From: an uncultured virus (IMG/VR IMGVR_UViG_3300005618_000016)
Taxonomy: Duplodnaviria > Heunggongvirae > Uroviricota > Caudoviricetes
Strand: one strand, 5' to 3'
IMG/VR virus record: IMGVR_UViG_3300005618_000016
DNA: 23,269 bases
The position numbers and the translations under genes were made by a program. Shown here piece by piece: positions 1 through 8,074 of the stretch. The first letter of the stretch is position 1; each line of letters opens with the position of its first letter. The notes under the pieces are model-generated. The model ran no database searches. It had not been told where the DNA came from and saw only the letters and a program-made list of their open reading frames with translations.

Positions 1-246
1 CTGCTCGTTGTGCGTAGCACCATCTTCCGTTCCGTTCGACGACTCTATCCGGCACTGCTCGAGTGCTGTCAGTGTTCTGGAACGTGGATCGGAGCGGCGG
101 CGGGCGTGAGCGGAGTTGCGAGTACAGGACACGGACGAGTGATCGATGCGATCGTCGTTGGCGCAGCAACGAGCTTCCTATCGATGCTTGCCGATGCGAT
201 ACTTCTACATCTGCTCGGGGATCCGAGTGAAGGAGACCAGTCATGA
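1..246 (+). CDS. Small membrane protein, DUF1360-like (5'-truncated)
   Basis: Frame is open from base 1. LLECCQCSGTWIG resembles the LLxCxxCxxxW motif of DUF1360, with hydrophobic segments. Stop overlaps the next start (ATGA 243-246). Confidence 0.55.
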   Translation: MLVVRSTIFRSVRRLYPALLECCQCSGTWIGAAAGVSGVASTGHGRVIDAIVVGAATSFLSMLADAILLHLLGDPSEGDQS

Positions 247-494
247 GGCGAAAATTGCGCAATTTGAAAAACAAGAGCGGACACTCGGAAAACGGTTGTC
301 CGCGCTCGCTCATCGACGAGGCCGTTCACCGCGAGCACATCAACAACGCGAACGTGTTCGCCAACGCCGGAAGCGATCCCGGAGACCCCTCGCCGCACTA
401 CGACACGGAGTACAGCGGTTGGTCCAACGCTTCGCGCCCGCGCGACCAGGCCATCTCGCTGAGATCCATCACGCCGCTCGATCGTCCGGACTGA
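243..494 (+). CDS. Hypothetical protein (83 aa)
   Basis: AAGGAG upstream, ATGA coupling to the previous gene, GC3-rich codons. Confidence 0.65.
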   Translation: MRRKLRNLKNKSGHSENGCPRSLIDEAVHREHINNANVFANAGSDPGDPSPHYDTEYSGWSNASRPRDQAISLRSITPLDRPD

Positions 495-542
495 TCGAGT
501 TCGCGGCAAGGAGCCGCAAGAGGCTCCTGAGGACGCAGCCCC

Positions 543-1298
543 ATGAGCCACATCATCGGAAGAAGGCGCTACGCAGGGGAGACTTACCCTCTCCCTCGTT
601 TCGCAGGCGCTTCTCCGCCCTCGTTGCTCGGGTACGGTTTGTACGCTGCCAGGCCCGCCCCAGGGAATCTTGGGGCTCGGTACGTGTGCTCGGATGGCGC
701 GGTTGAGTTCGTCGACGACGGAACCGTCTGGAAGCCACTCGTCAACGGACGTCCGGGCACGCAACCGCCACTCGTCTCCGCGTTCACGGCGCTCTCTTCC
801 GCGGCCGGCGCTACCTGGACCGACGTGGCCGGCACCATCGTATCGGTTGCATCTCAAGTTGGGGGAGAGGCGGCACTACTCGTTCAGGAGAAGCCTGCGA
901 CGTGCGAGCTCGTGATCCATGTCACCGACGTGCAGCTCGGAACGAACGGTGTCGAAGGGCTCGTAGTACGGAACTCTGCGAACGATTTCTTCATCATCTT
1001 CGGGATTTCTGCCGGCGGCGTCTCGGTCGCTCTGTGGTCTTCTCTCACGAACCGAATCGACAACGAGTACACCGGATCAACACGACCTATCGGCGACACG
1101 TGGCTTCGCTTCACTGACGACGGTGCCACGTTCCGATACTTCATCGCTACGGACGGGCTCACATGGCTCGACCTCACCAGCGACGTGAACCTCGCGAATG
1201 GCGGACGAGACATCGTTGGAAACGCCGATCAGATTGGACTCGGAGTCGAGCGTACCGATGGACCGGTGACTGTGTACCGCTCGTACGATTTGCAGTGA
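543..1298 (+). CDS. Putative virion/receptor-binding protein with C-terminal concanavalin A-like beta-sandwich
   Basis: N-terminal GLYAARPAPGNLGARYVCSD...DDGTVW resembles short modules of phage fibre proteins. The beta-rich C-terminus WLRFTDDGATFRYFIATDGLTW resembles ConA-like lectin domains. Lies next to fibre genes. Confidence 0.6.
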   Translation: MSHIIGRRRYAGETYPLPRFAGASPPSLLGYGLYAARPAPGNLGARYVCSDGAVEFVDDGTVWKPLVNGRPGTQPPLVSAFTALSSAAGATWTDVAGTIVSVASQVGGEAALLVQEKPATCELVIHVTDVQLGTNGVEGLVVRNSANDFFIIFGISAGGVSVALWSSLTNRIDNEYTGSTRPIGDTWLRFTDDGATFRYFIATDGLTWLDLTSDVNLANGGRDIVGNADQIGLGVERTDGPVTVYRSYDLQ

Positions 1299-1308
1299 AG
1301 GCAACACC

Positions 1309-3297
1309 ATGGCCATTTGTTCCACAGAAGGTGACCACAAGGTTCTCGTCGATGGCGACGACACGACGCCTGACTACTTGGCGCCTAAGCTAACCGGATC
1401 CGGCGGGATCACGCTGACTGTACTGAACCCGGGAGGAGACGAGCAGCTCGACATCGACGGTGGAAGTGTTGCCGGAGATCACAAGTCACTGGTCAATGGC
1501 GCAGACACGACTCCGAACTACCTAGAGCAGAAGGTAGTTGCCGGAGCGAACATGGCGGTGACCGTCGTTGATCTTGGCGGCGGAGATTTGGCGTTATCGC
1601 TCGCGGCCGTCGTCCCGCCTGGAAGCTCCGATCACAAGGTAATCGTCGACCTAGCGGACACGACCCCAAACTATCTTGGTTCCAAGATCGTCGCTGGATC
1701 AAACGTCACCTTGACGGTGCTGAATCCTGCTGGAAACGAGCAGATCCAGATCGACGTCGCCGGAGCTCCTCCTACAGGAGCAGCCGGCGGAGATTTGGGA
1801 GGCACGTATCCGAATCCGACTGTGATCGCTGTAGAAGAAACCGGAGGTCCCACTCGCCTTACGATCGGAGCGATCGCTGACACACAAGTGCTCACGAGAT
1901 CCGGAACAACGGTGATCGGTACGGCTCCTAGCTCGCTCGGGATCACGTGGGCGAACGTACTTGCATCCGGTAATCTTTCTGGGGGTACGAATCCGACCAT
2001 CACATCCGGAGATTCTATTCTCGGTCAGACCGGTGTCGGCGTAGGCGGCGCGGTCCCCATTGTAGGGGCTGCCGGAGCAGCTACATTCGCAGGTGGCGCA
2101 ACAAGCCTAACAGGAGGCGCAGGTGGCACATCTGGAGCAGGAGGCGCCTCAAGCGTTGCAGGAGGAATTGGCGGAACCACCGGAATAGGAGGTAGCGCAT
2201 CGCTCACCGGAGGCGCAGGAGGCAGCGTCTCAGGAAACGGAGGTGCGGCTGCGGTCGTGGGCGGAACAGCCACCGACGGAGCGGGCGGCGCTGCTTCGTT
2301 GACCGGAGGAGCCGGCGTAGGAACCAACCGCGCTGGCGGTCAGGTCAACATTACCGGCGGATCCCCTTCAGGTTCAGGAACTCCCGGATCCGTCGTGATC
2401 GCAGGAGCCTCCGGAGTAGGATCCGTTGGAGCGGTCGCTTCCATGACGGGCGGAGCCGGCGCCGCAACATTCAACGGTGGCGGAGCAAACCTCACAGGTG
2501 GAGCTGGAAGCACCTCCGGAAGCGGAGGTCAAGCTCGAGTCCTTGGTGGAGTTGCAGGAGCCACGGGAACCGGCGGAGCTGCAGCACTTCAAGGTGGTGC
2601 CGGCGGAGCCACGAGCGGAACCGGTGGAACTGTGTTCGTCACGGGAGGACCCGCGAGCACTGACGGAAATGGTGGTGGAGTTTCTGTTCAAGGCGGCGCA
2701 GGTGCCGGAACCTCACGCGCGGGCGGAGCAGTCGCCATCAAAGGAGGAACATCGACAGACGGAATTGCCGGAGCCGCAGTCAACATCACCGGAGGAACTC
2801 CCGGTGTTACAGGTGTCGGCGGGTCCGTGTCTCTTGCCGGAGGAGCAGGAGGAACTACTAGCGGAGCAGGTGGTGCCGCAACCGTACAAGGAGGAGACGG
2901 TAAGGACGGCGACGGAGGAAACGCAAACGTTTTCGCGGGAGACGGTGTCACCACAACCGCTGCAAACAGAAACGGAGGATCAGTTATAGTTCGCCCTGGG
3001 ATCAGTACCGGTACCGGTCTGGCCGGATCAATCCTGCTGAGAGACGATCAAGGAACAACGATGCTCGAGGTTGCACGGCTTGGGGGAGCCCGATCTTTCG
3101 TTTCTCTTTGTTTCGGAGCTACGCTGACATCCACGAACCTTCCAGCAAATGGGGGAAGCGGAGTCATTTTCATCGCCAACTGCACAACGGCTCCGACTAC
3201 AGGATTCCCGGTAGGGGGATACACCATGTACGCAGATTCTACAGGATTGTACGTTCTTAGTCCCTCTGGAGCGTTAACCCAACTGGCACCCCCGTAA
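1309..3297 (+). CDS. Glycine-rich fibre/spike-like structural protein (662 aa)
   Basis: Three ~50-aa N-terminal repeats, a GGDLGGTYPNPTV motif typical of phage fibre proteins, a long 15-17-aa-period Gly-rich array and a short globular C-terminus. Confidence 0.75.
   Translation: MAICSTEGDHKVLVDGDDTTPDYLAPKLTGSGGITLTVLNPGGDEQLDIDGGSVAGDHKSLVNGADTTPNYLEQKVVAGANMAVTVVDLGGGDLALSLAAVVPPGSSDHKVIVDLADTTPNYLGSKIVAGSNVTLTVLNPAGNEQIQIDVAGAPPTGAAGGDLGGTYPNPTVIAVEETGGPTRLTIGAIADTQVLTRSGTTVIGTAPSSLGITWANVLASGNLSGGTNPTITSGDSILGQTGVGVGGAVPIVGAAGAATFAGGATSLTGGAGGTSGAGGASSVAGGIGGTTGIGGSASLTGGAGGSVSGNGGAAAVVGGTATDGAGGAASLTGGAGVGTNRAGGQVNITGGSPSGSGTPGSVVIAGASGVGSVGAVASMTGGAGAATFNGGGANLTGGAGSTSGSGGQARVLGGVAGATGTGGAAALQGGAGGATSGTGGTVFVTGGPASTDGNGGGVSVQGGAGAGTSRAGGAVAIKGGTSTDGIAGAAVNITGGTPGVTGVGGSVSLAGGAGGTTSGAGGAATVQGGDGKDGDGGNANVFAGDGVTTTAANRNGGSVIVRPGISTGTGLAGSILLRDDQGTTMLEVARLGGARSFVSLCFGATLTSTNLPANGGSGVIFIANCTTAPTTGFPVGGYTMYADSTGLYVLSPSGALTQLAPP
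1333..1755 (+). repeat. Three ~50-aa protein repeats (DHKxxVxxxDTTPxYLxxK...)
   Basis: Copies start at 1333, 1477 and 1630: DHKVLVDGDDTTPDYLAPK / DHKSLVNGADTTPNYLEQK / DHKVIVDLADTTPNYLGSK. Confidence 0.9.
2032..3030 (+). repeat. Gly-rich 15-17-aa tandem protein repeats (GGxxx[LVI]xGGxG)
   Basis: Examples: GGATSLTGGAGGTSGA, GGASSVAGGIGGTTGI, GGSASLTGGAGGSVSGN. Boundaries are approximate. Confidence 0.85.
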
Positions 3298-3636
3298 ATG
3301 CGAAATACCACACTAAACACAGAGGCGTGCTCGTACTTCCTGAAAAATCCGGAAGCGGCGTTCTGCGACTCAACCGACGGACGCGTCATCAACATCTTCT
3401 CCGAACACAACGCGGAGACTATGAACTACTTCAGTCGATGCCCAGATGCGGTGTTCTATGACCACTCGATCGACGGGCGCATTTTCAACCCACACGTCAC
3501 ATACCCGCTGTTCGAGGGAGCCCCAGTTTCCGGTAACGCTCTTGCTTGCCTTCTGTCGCAGCTCGACAGCGAGATCCTGATCTCCGAGCTCAAACGCAGG
3601 GGGCATACGGCAAAGCGAGAAAAGGGAGGATTCTGA
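3298..3636 (+). CDS. Hypothetical protein with internal duplication (112 aa)
   Basis: ATG directly follows the upstream TAA, and its TGA overlaps the next ATG. Contains two YFxxxPxAxFxD-x2/3-DGR units. Confidence 0.65.
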   Translation: MRNTTLNTEACSYFLKNPEAAFCDSTDGRVINIFSEHNAETMNYFSRCPDAVFYDHSIDGRIFNPHVTYPLFEGAPVSGNALACLLSQLDSEILISELKRRGHTAKREKGGF

Positions 3637-4457
3637 TGCCGATCTGGTCGAACTACGGCGATCGGGCAATCATCGACGTCGACTACGCAACCCTCGCGGC
3701 GTTGCCGGCCTGCACGTATAGCAACGGATCCGGCGGAGTTGGCTCGAAGCTCACCGGCAACGCAAACGGGGCGCTCGCGGCGATCGACGGCATCACTCCC
3801 GCGGCAGGAGACGTTGTGCTGGTAAATCAGCAAGCTGCAGGATTGCAGAACATGATCGGCATCGTCGATGATCCGGGGTCTGCTGGGACACCTTTCGTCA
3901 TCCGTCGCTCTCCGGCCTGCAATCTCGCTCGCACGATCGCCGGTTCCGAAATTCGGGTCAACGGCGGCACTCTTCTCGCGGGGACGTCGTGGTACCTCGC
4001 GGCGCTCGCGAGCGCCATTACCGTGGGCACTACGGCTCTCAGCTGGAAGCCAAGAGCCGTCATGCTAGGCCAGGTCTTCGGGTGCGTCCAAAACCTCGGG
4101 CTCACCACGAATCCTCGCTACCTGGTCCCCTCCCCGCTCACCACAGCGAACACGGCCTCTCTCGGCGTCGCGCAAGTACCGATCCCGTATCCTGGCGTGG
4201 TCTGCGGTATGTACTGCATCCACGGCACCGGTCTAGCGAATGATTCGCAGACGTATACGGCGAATTTGGAAGGCGCGGACACCAACATGGTAGCCGTGAT
4301 CGCCGCGAACGGGCTTGCCGCGAACGACACGGCGATAGCGCACTGGTTCAAGGTGAACGCCGGGGACAAGGCCGCAACGAAGTCAGTGCAAAGTGGGACG
4401 CAGGCAGCGGCGAACCTCTCGATCCGAGTTTCCTGGGCGATCATTCCGACGGGGTAA
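3636..4457 (+). CDS. Fibre/decoration-like structural protein (273 aa)
   Basis: Start placed at ATG 3636 (GGGAGG RBS, TGATG coupling). ATLAALP...GVGSKLTGNANGAL...IDG...GDVVLVNQQ...QN matches a recurrent module of viral fibre proteins. Confidence 0.7.
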   Translation: MPIWSNYGDRAIIDVDYATLAALPACTYSNGSGGVGSKLTGNANGALAAIDGITPAAGDVVLVNQQAAGLQNMIGIVDDPGSAGTPFVIRRSPACNLARTIAGSEIRVNGGTLLAGTSWYLAALASAITVGTTALSWKPRAVMLGQVFGCVQNLGLTTNPRYLVPSPLTTANTASLGVAQVPIPYPGVVCGMYCIHGTGLANDSQTYTANLEGADTNMVAVIAANGLAANDTAIAHWFKVNAGDKAATKSVQSGTQAAANLSIRVSWAIIPTG

Positions 4458-4460
4458 AAC

Positions 4461-5135
4461 GTGGTTGCTCCGCTTCTTTCGTTCAACACGGTGTTCGCTG
4501 GTGACTCGATCACCGAAGGGTCCGCTGATCTGCCGAAGGGCTTCGCGTACTACGTCAGCCAGCTTCTGTTGGCCGAGATCGCCGGGAACACCCTGCCCGC
4601 AGGAGTTTCCCCTACGTACATCGGCTCCGTCGGCGGAGGTCAGTCACCAGTCGTGAACCGGAACGGTGTAAGTGGAAGCACGGTGCAGATTCACATTGGT
4701 CATTCAGATGGGTCCGGAGATTGGTACGGAGCGGGCAAGCCGTACAACTGCCAGGTGCTCGTCAACTGCATCGGCGTGAACGACATGACCACCGACGCGG
4801 GACTGGCCGCGTATCAAGCGAAGCTAACCGCACTCGGTCTTGACTATTTCTACCGTCACCAGGCGGCAGGGATCTACGATCTCAGGCTCGTCATGCTTTA
4901 CATGCCAGAATGCACAGCCGCCGACCGCGCCGCGCGCATAACCCTCGGCAATCCTCTCATCCCGATCGTGTCGGCCGAGCTGGCGGCGCACGGGATGAAT
5001 GTCTTCCAGGCTGCACCGTTCAACCTCGGACCGGGGGACTTTGCTGTAGACGGCGTGCACCCCAACGCGAACGCTCACCAGAACATCATGGCCCCGATTG
5101 TGTGGGCAGCTATGAAGCTAGCGATGGGGTACTAG
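4461..5135 (+). CDS. SGNH/GDSL-family hydrolase
   Basis: Block I FAGDSITEG, block II NGVSG, block III IGVND, block V DGVHPN. Confidence 0.9.
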   Translation: MVAPLLSFNTVFAGDSITEGSADLPKGFAYYVSQLLLAEIAGNTLPAGVSPTYIGSVGGGQSPVVNRNGVSGSTVQIHIGHSDGSGDWYGAGKPYNCQVLVNCIGVNDMTTDAGLAAYQAKLTALGLDYFYRHQAAGIYDLRLVMLYMPECTAADRAARITLGNPLIPIVSAELAAHGMNVFQAAPFNLGPGDFAVDGVHPNANAHQNIMAPIVWAAMKLAMGY

Positions 5136-5645
5136 TTACTTCTCCTCAGGCTTTTCCATTGTCGCTCCGGTAATCTCGCGCATGTACGGGATGCACGACA
5201 TTGCACCGACGACCGAGTACGTAGTCGCCTTCTCGACGGAACGCTTCAAGCGTTGCCAGTCCTCGTCCTCGAGCGCGATCACGTCGCCTACTTCCGCCGC
5301 CATTACCGTCGTGAGGATGACCTGCGCACTAAGAATCATCGGCATGGTCCAATGTACAGTATTCGGATCCTTTGGCGTATCGCTAACAAATGCCGGATCG
5401 ATGAGTCGCCACCGAATGAACTCTTTGTGAGAGTGCGTGGCGATCTTGTCGGTCTCCTTGTCTCTTGCGTCTTTGCCATCGAGGTCTTTCAAAGTCACGT
5501 CGGGTAGCAACCGGAAGTAGCGAGCGTTTTTCATCTTGGATTTCAACTTTTTTTGTACGAGACGTCGGGTGATGCGACTCGAGGCCGCTTGCCAGATGAT
5601 CTGTTGGAGGGTCGCTTCGTCGACCATTTTGGGACGAGACTTCAT
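5136..5645 (-). CDS. Hypothetical protein
   Basis: ATGA coupling to the 5642-5938 gene. Stop abuts the stop of the convergent SGNH gene. The start could instead be ATG 5534. Confidence 0.6.
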   Translation of the reverse strand: MKSRPKMVDEATLQQIIWQAASSRITRRLVQKKLKSKMKNARYFRLLPDVTLKDLDGKDARDKETDKIATHSHKEFIRWRLIDPAFVSDTPKDPNTVHWTMPMILSAQVILTTVMAAEVGDVIALEDEDWQRLKRSVEKATTYSVVGAMSCIPYMREITGATMEKPEEK

Positions 5646-5938
5646 CCGGTAATCGTACGACGGAGCACGTGCAAGGTCGCACTGAGTGCCCCCAGAATCG
5701 AGAACGACGCGGGAGCGTGTGAGTAGACCATCGAGAGAGTCTGCTGATTCGGAGCTAGCCCCACGAGCACATACTCGTTGATTCGTCCCTGCTCGATGTC
5801 TCGAAGGAAAGAACGAGCGCGTTCCTTGTTCGGATCGTTAGATCCGCCCCCCGGAAGGAGCTGCAACACAGGCGCGCCATATTCAGCCTTCTGCTTCGCG
5901 AGAAGGTTCGCGAGGGAAGCTTCTTCCTCTGGACTCAT
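5642..5938 (-). CDS. Hypothetical protein (98 aa)
   Basis: AAGGA upstream, 3 bp downstream of the RHH gene, coupled to the next gene. Confidence 0.65.
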   Translation of the reverse strand: MSPEEEASLANLLAKQKAEYGAPVLQLLPGGGSNDPNKERARSFLRDIEQGRINEYVLVGLAPNQQTLSMVYSHAPASFSILGALSATLHVLRRTITG

Positions 5939-5941
5939 CGC

Positions 5942-6124
5942 TCAGAATCCTTTCTTCAACCACTCGCGAATCGCAGCCGTAACCCCGTCCGCGATCGACC
6001 GACGTTCTCGTGCGCATCGTACGCGCAGCGACGTCGCATCTTCCTTCGGAATGTGCACGTTGATGCGTTCCATTTCTCCGTCGCTCTTCCGTCGAAGGGA
6101 CGATGCCGATTTCGTTCGCGTCAC
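5942..6124 (-). CDS. Ribbon-helix-helix (CopG/Arc-like) DNA-binding protein
   Basis: ERINVHIP strand followed by two helices (ATSLRVRCARERRSIADGVTAAIREWL). Start placed at GTG 6124 because GTG 6133 overlaps the predicted -10. Confidence 0.75.
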   Translation of the reverse strand: MTRTKSASSLRRKSDGEMERINVHIPKEDATSLRVRCARERRSIADGVTAAIREWLKKGF

Positions 6125-6131
6125 GATGGGC

Positions 6132-6160
6132 ACCGTAACCCACTAGACGCTGACGTGCAA
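6132..6160 (-). promoter_or_regulatory. Sigma70-like promoter of the RHH operon
   Basis: TTGCAC (6160-6155), 17 bp, TACGGT (6137-6132), then 7 nt to GTG 6124. Confidence 0.6.
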
Positions 6161-6217
6161 CAAGGTTTCCAGAACAACGAGTAAACACGAGGTTTTCCGC
6201 TTTCCAGCCAAATCGAG

Positions 6218-6223
6218 TAGAAT
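6218..6223 (+). promoter_or_regulatory. -10 element upstream of the SGNH/lysozyme operon
   Basis: TAGAAT 9 nt before GTG 6233 in a divergent intergenic region. The -35 is poor. Confidence 0.45.
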
Positions 6224-6232
6224 CCGAGGGCT

Positions 6233-6784
6233 GTGACACGCCGCATCCCCTGGAAACCCATCGCGATCGGCGGCGCCGTCCTCGGGGGCATCGGCGCCCT
6301 CGTGCTCGTCACGCGTCGCTCCTTTCCGACGCCCCCCAGGCGCGTGGCGCTCATCGGGGACTCGTACGCGGTCGGGCTCGGTCCGGAGCTCGCGAAACTA
6401 TTCCCGGAGTTCAAGTTCTCCGGCGTCGTAGGAACGAACACGTCGCAGTGGGCACACCACTCTTCCGCTTGCGGATCGTGCGGCGACTGGATTACAGCAT
6501 TCGCGCCGGCCGTCGTCCTCGTCTCTCTCGGCGTCAACGACGGCACGGCACCAAATCCGGCGAACTACCAGACCATCGTGCGTGGGCTCCACGGAATCGG
6601 CGCACGCGTCGTGTGGATCGAGCCGCCCGCGGGAGTCAACGCACCGGCGGTACGCGCCGCAATCGCATCGCTTGGAGTGAGCACGGTGCCGGCGACGACA
6701 GCGCCGCTCGCGGCTGACGGTTTGCACCCACAGAGCTACGTTTCATGGGCTCAAGAGATCGCGGAGGTCGTGAACCGTGGCTAA
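6233..6784 (+). CDS. Membrane-anchored SGNH/GDSL-family hydrolase
   Basis: N-terminal TM (IAIGGAVLGGIGALVLV), then LIGDSYA, SLGVND and DGLHP motifs. Confidence 0.85.
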   Translation: MTRRIPWKPIAIGGAVLGGIGALVLVTRRSFPTPPRRVALIGDSYAVGLGPELAKLFPEFKFSGVVGTNTSQWAHHSSACGSCGDWITAFAPAVVLVSLGVNDGTAPNPANYQTIVRGLHGIGARVVWIEPPAGVNAPAVRAAIASLGVSTVPATTAPLAADGLHPQSYVSWAQEIAEVVNRG

Positions 6785-7406
6785 CCTCGTGTGCTCCCCA
6801 AACGCCGCCGTCGCGTACGACTACCTCGTCTCCAAGGGGCTCCGCGACTTCCAGGCCGCCGCCGTCATCGGAAACCTGCAAGAGGAGTCAGGTCTCAACC
6901 CGCAGCTCGCCGTTCCAGACACCAACGGTCTTCCCAGTCGTGGCATCGCGATGTGGCAGCCGGCGCGCTGGCAGAACTTGCTCGCGTTCGCCGCCGGACG
7001 AGATCCATGGGCGCTCGACACGCAGCTCGACTTCTTGTGGTCCGAGCTACCGAGCAACGGACTGGCGCAATTGCAGAACTCTTCGACGCTCGAGGATGCA
7101 GTCGTTGTGTTCCAGAACCAGTTCGAGAGACCGAACGCTGCGCTCGCACACACGGACGTGCGCACCTCCTACGCACGATCTGCGCTTCTCTCGTGCCCGA
7201 ACGTGAGGGCGCCAGAATCACCCGGAAAGGGACGTGTGTGGTGGGTCGCCGGCACCGTCGCAGCGGTCACTGCGGTCGGGTACGGCGTCTACGGGCTGCT
7301 TCGATCTCGGTTCAAGCCCGAACCGGAACCCCCGCTGCTCCCCCGTCGTCGTTTCCGTCCGCCGCCGGACATCGAACCCGAGTTCGACTATCGGAGCCGA
7401 CTGTGA
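6777..7406 (+). CDS. Phage tail lysozyme-like muramidase with C-terminal TM anchor
   Basis: AAAVIGNLQEESGLNP, GIAMW, QLDFLWSEL and FERP match the Phage_lysozyme2-type pattern. TM WWVAGTVAAVTAVGYGVYGLL, then a Pro/Arg-rich tail. Confidence 0.85.
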   Translation: MANLVCSPNAAVAYDYLVSKGLRDFQAAAVIGNLQEESGLNPQLAVPDTNGLPSRGIAMWQPARWQNLLAFAAGRDPWALDTQLDFLWSELPSNGLAQLQNSSTLEDAVVVFQNQFERPNAALAHTDVRTSYARSALLSCPNVRAPESPGKGRVWWVAGTVAAVTAVGYGVYGLLRSRFKPEPEPPLLPRRRFRPPPDIEPEFDYRSRL

Positions 7407-7819
7407 AGCCGCTTCTGTGGGCCGCAATCGCGGGAGCTTGCGCACTCGGTGCCGGACTCTTCGCGCGGAAAGTTTTCACTGCCTCACCCGTGCCTCCTCC
7501 TGCACCGGAGCCGACTCCAGCTCCCACGCTGTACGGGGAAGCGATACGCGTGGCTCTTGCAGTCCCCGCAGGGTGGCGACGCGTGACGAGCGCCGAGGTA
7601 TCCGCACTCCCCGAGCTCGCCGCTGTCGCATCCATGCTGCGATCTACTCCAGGGTTCACGTCGATGCCGTACGGAACGCTTGCGCCATTCGTAGCGAGCA
7701 ACGGGCAGACGTACGCGACGTGGATCGAGCAGCATTACCATCCGCCAGGAGGCGACGCGCAGCCGTGGGGGTACCACCACGGGGTCACCGTGCTCGCGCA
7801 ATCCGGAGCCGTCGCATGA
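7403..7819 (+). CDS. Membrane-anchored hypothetical protein with His-rich C-terminal motif (138 aa)
   Basis: GTG 7403 overlaps the lysozyme stop (GTGA). N-terminal TM, Pro-rich linker, EQHYHPP...PWGYHHGVTV. Confidence 0.75.
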   Translation: MKPLLWAAIAGACALGAGLFARKVFTASPVPPPAPEPTPAPTLYGEAIRVALAVPAGWRRVTSAEVSALPELAAVASMLRSTPGFTSMPYGTLAPFVASNGQTYATWIEQHYHPPGGDAQPWGYHHGVTVLAQSGAVA

Positions 7820-8010
7820 TCGCGCGCCTGATCTGTTTCCTGCTCGGACACGTGCTCGATGAAGCCACGTTCTACAACGGCAACGTGCGCATCCGAAAAT
7901 GCGCGCGCTGCAAGGACGTTCTGAACTTCGAGCTTACCGATCTTCAGAGCGAGGAATCCCCCTGGGTGGCGGAGGCGACCCCCACGGAGCCGCCCCGACG
8001 AGAGCGGTAA
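7816..8010 (+). CDS. Small Cys/His protein, DUF1660-like (64 aa)
   Basis: ATGA coupling. LICFLLGH...KCARCK is a pattern seen in small phage proteins. Confidence 0.6.
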   Translation: MIARLICFLLGHVLDEATFYNGNVRIRKCARCKDVLNFELTDLQSEESPWVAEATPTEPPRRER

Positions 8011-8059
8011 CCCGGCGAATTCGTAGAAGATCTACACACTCCCGTCCTTTTCCTGTTGA

Positions 8060-8068
8060 TGATACGCT
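8060..8068 (+). promoter_or_regulatory. Extended -10 promoter, probable leaderless transcript
   Basis: TGa-TACGCT, then 6 nt to ATG 8075. No SD sequence. Confidence 0.5.
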
Positions 8069-8074
8069 CCTCTC

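Noticed and set aside
69..915. Alternative ORFs 69-857(-), 146-706(+) and 670-915(+)
   Set aside because: Arg/Ser-rich shadow frames overlapping better-supported coupled genes.
2032..3030. Collagen-like or PE-PGRS protein
   Set aside because: No sustained Gly-X-Y triplet register and no PE domain; the period is 15-17 aa with a hydrophobic strand.
1309..4457. Diversity-generating retroelement or invertible fibre cassette
   Set aside because: No reverse transcriptase, no adenine-specific TR/VR pair noticed, and no inverted repeats seen around the fibre genes.
6791..7402. N-terminal extension of the 342-aa ORF 6791-7819 (likewise 7234-8010, 3546-4457, 11409-11990, 16823-17569, 19758-20456)
   Set aside because: The extensions overlap real upstream genes. 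Internal starts with start/stop coupling or an RBS fit better.
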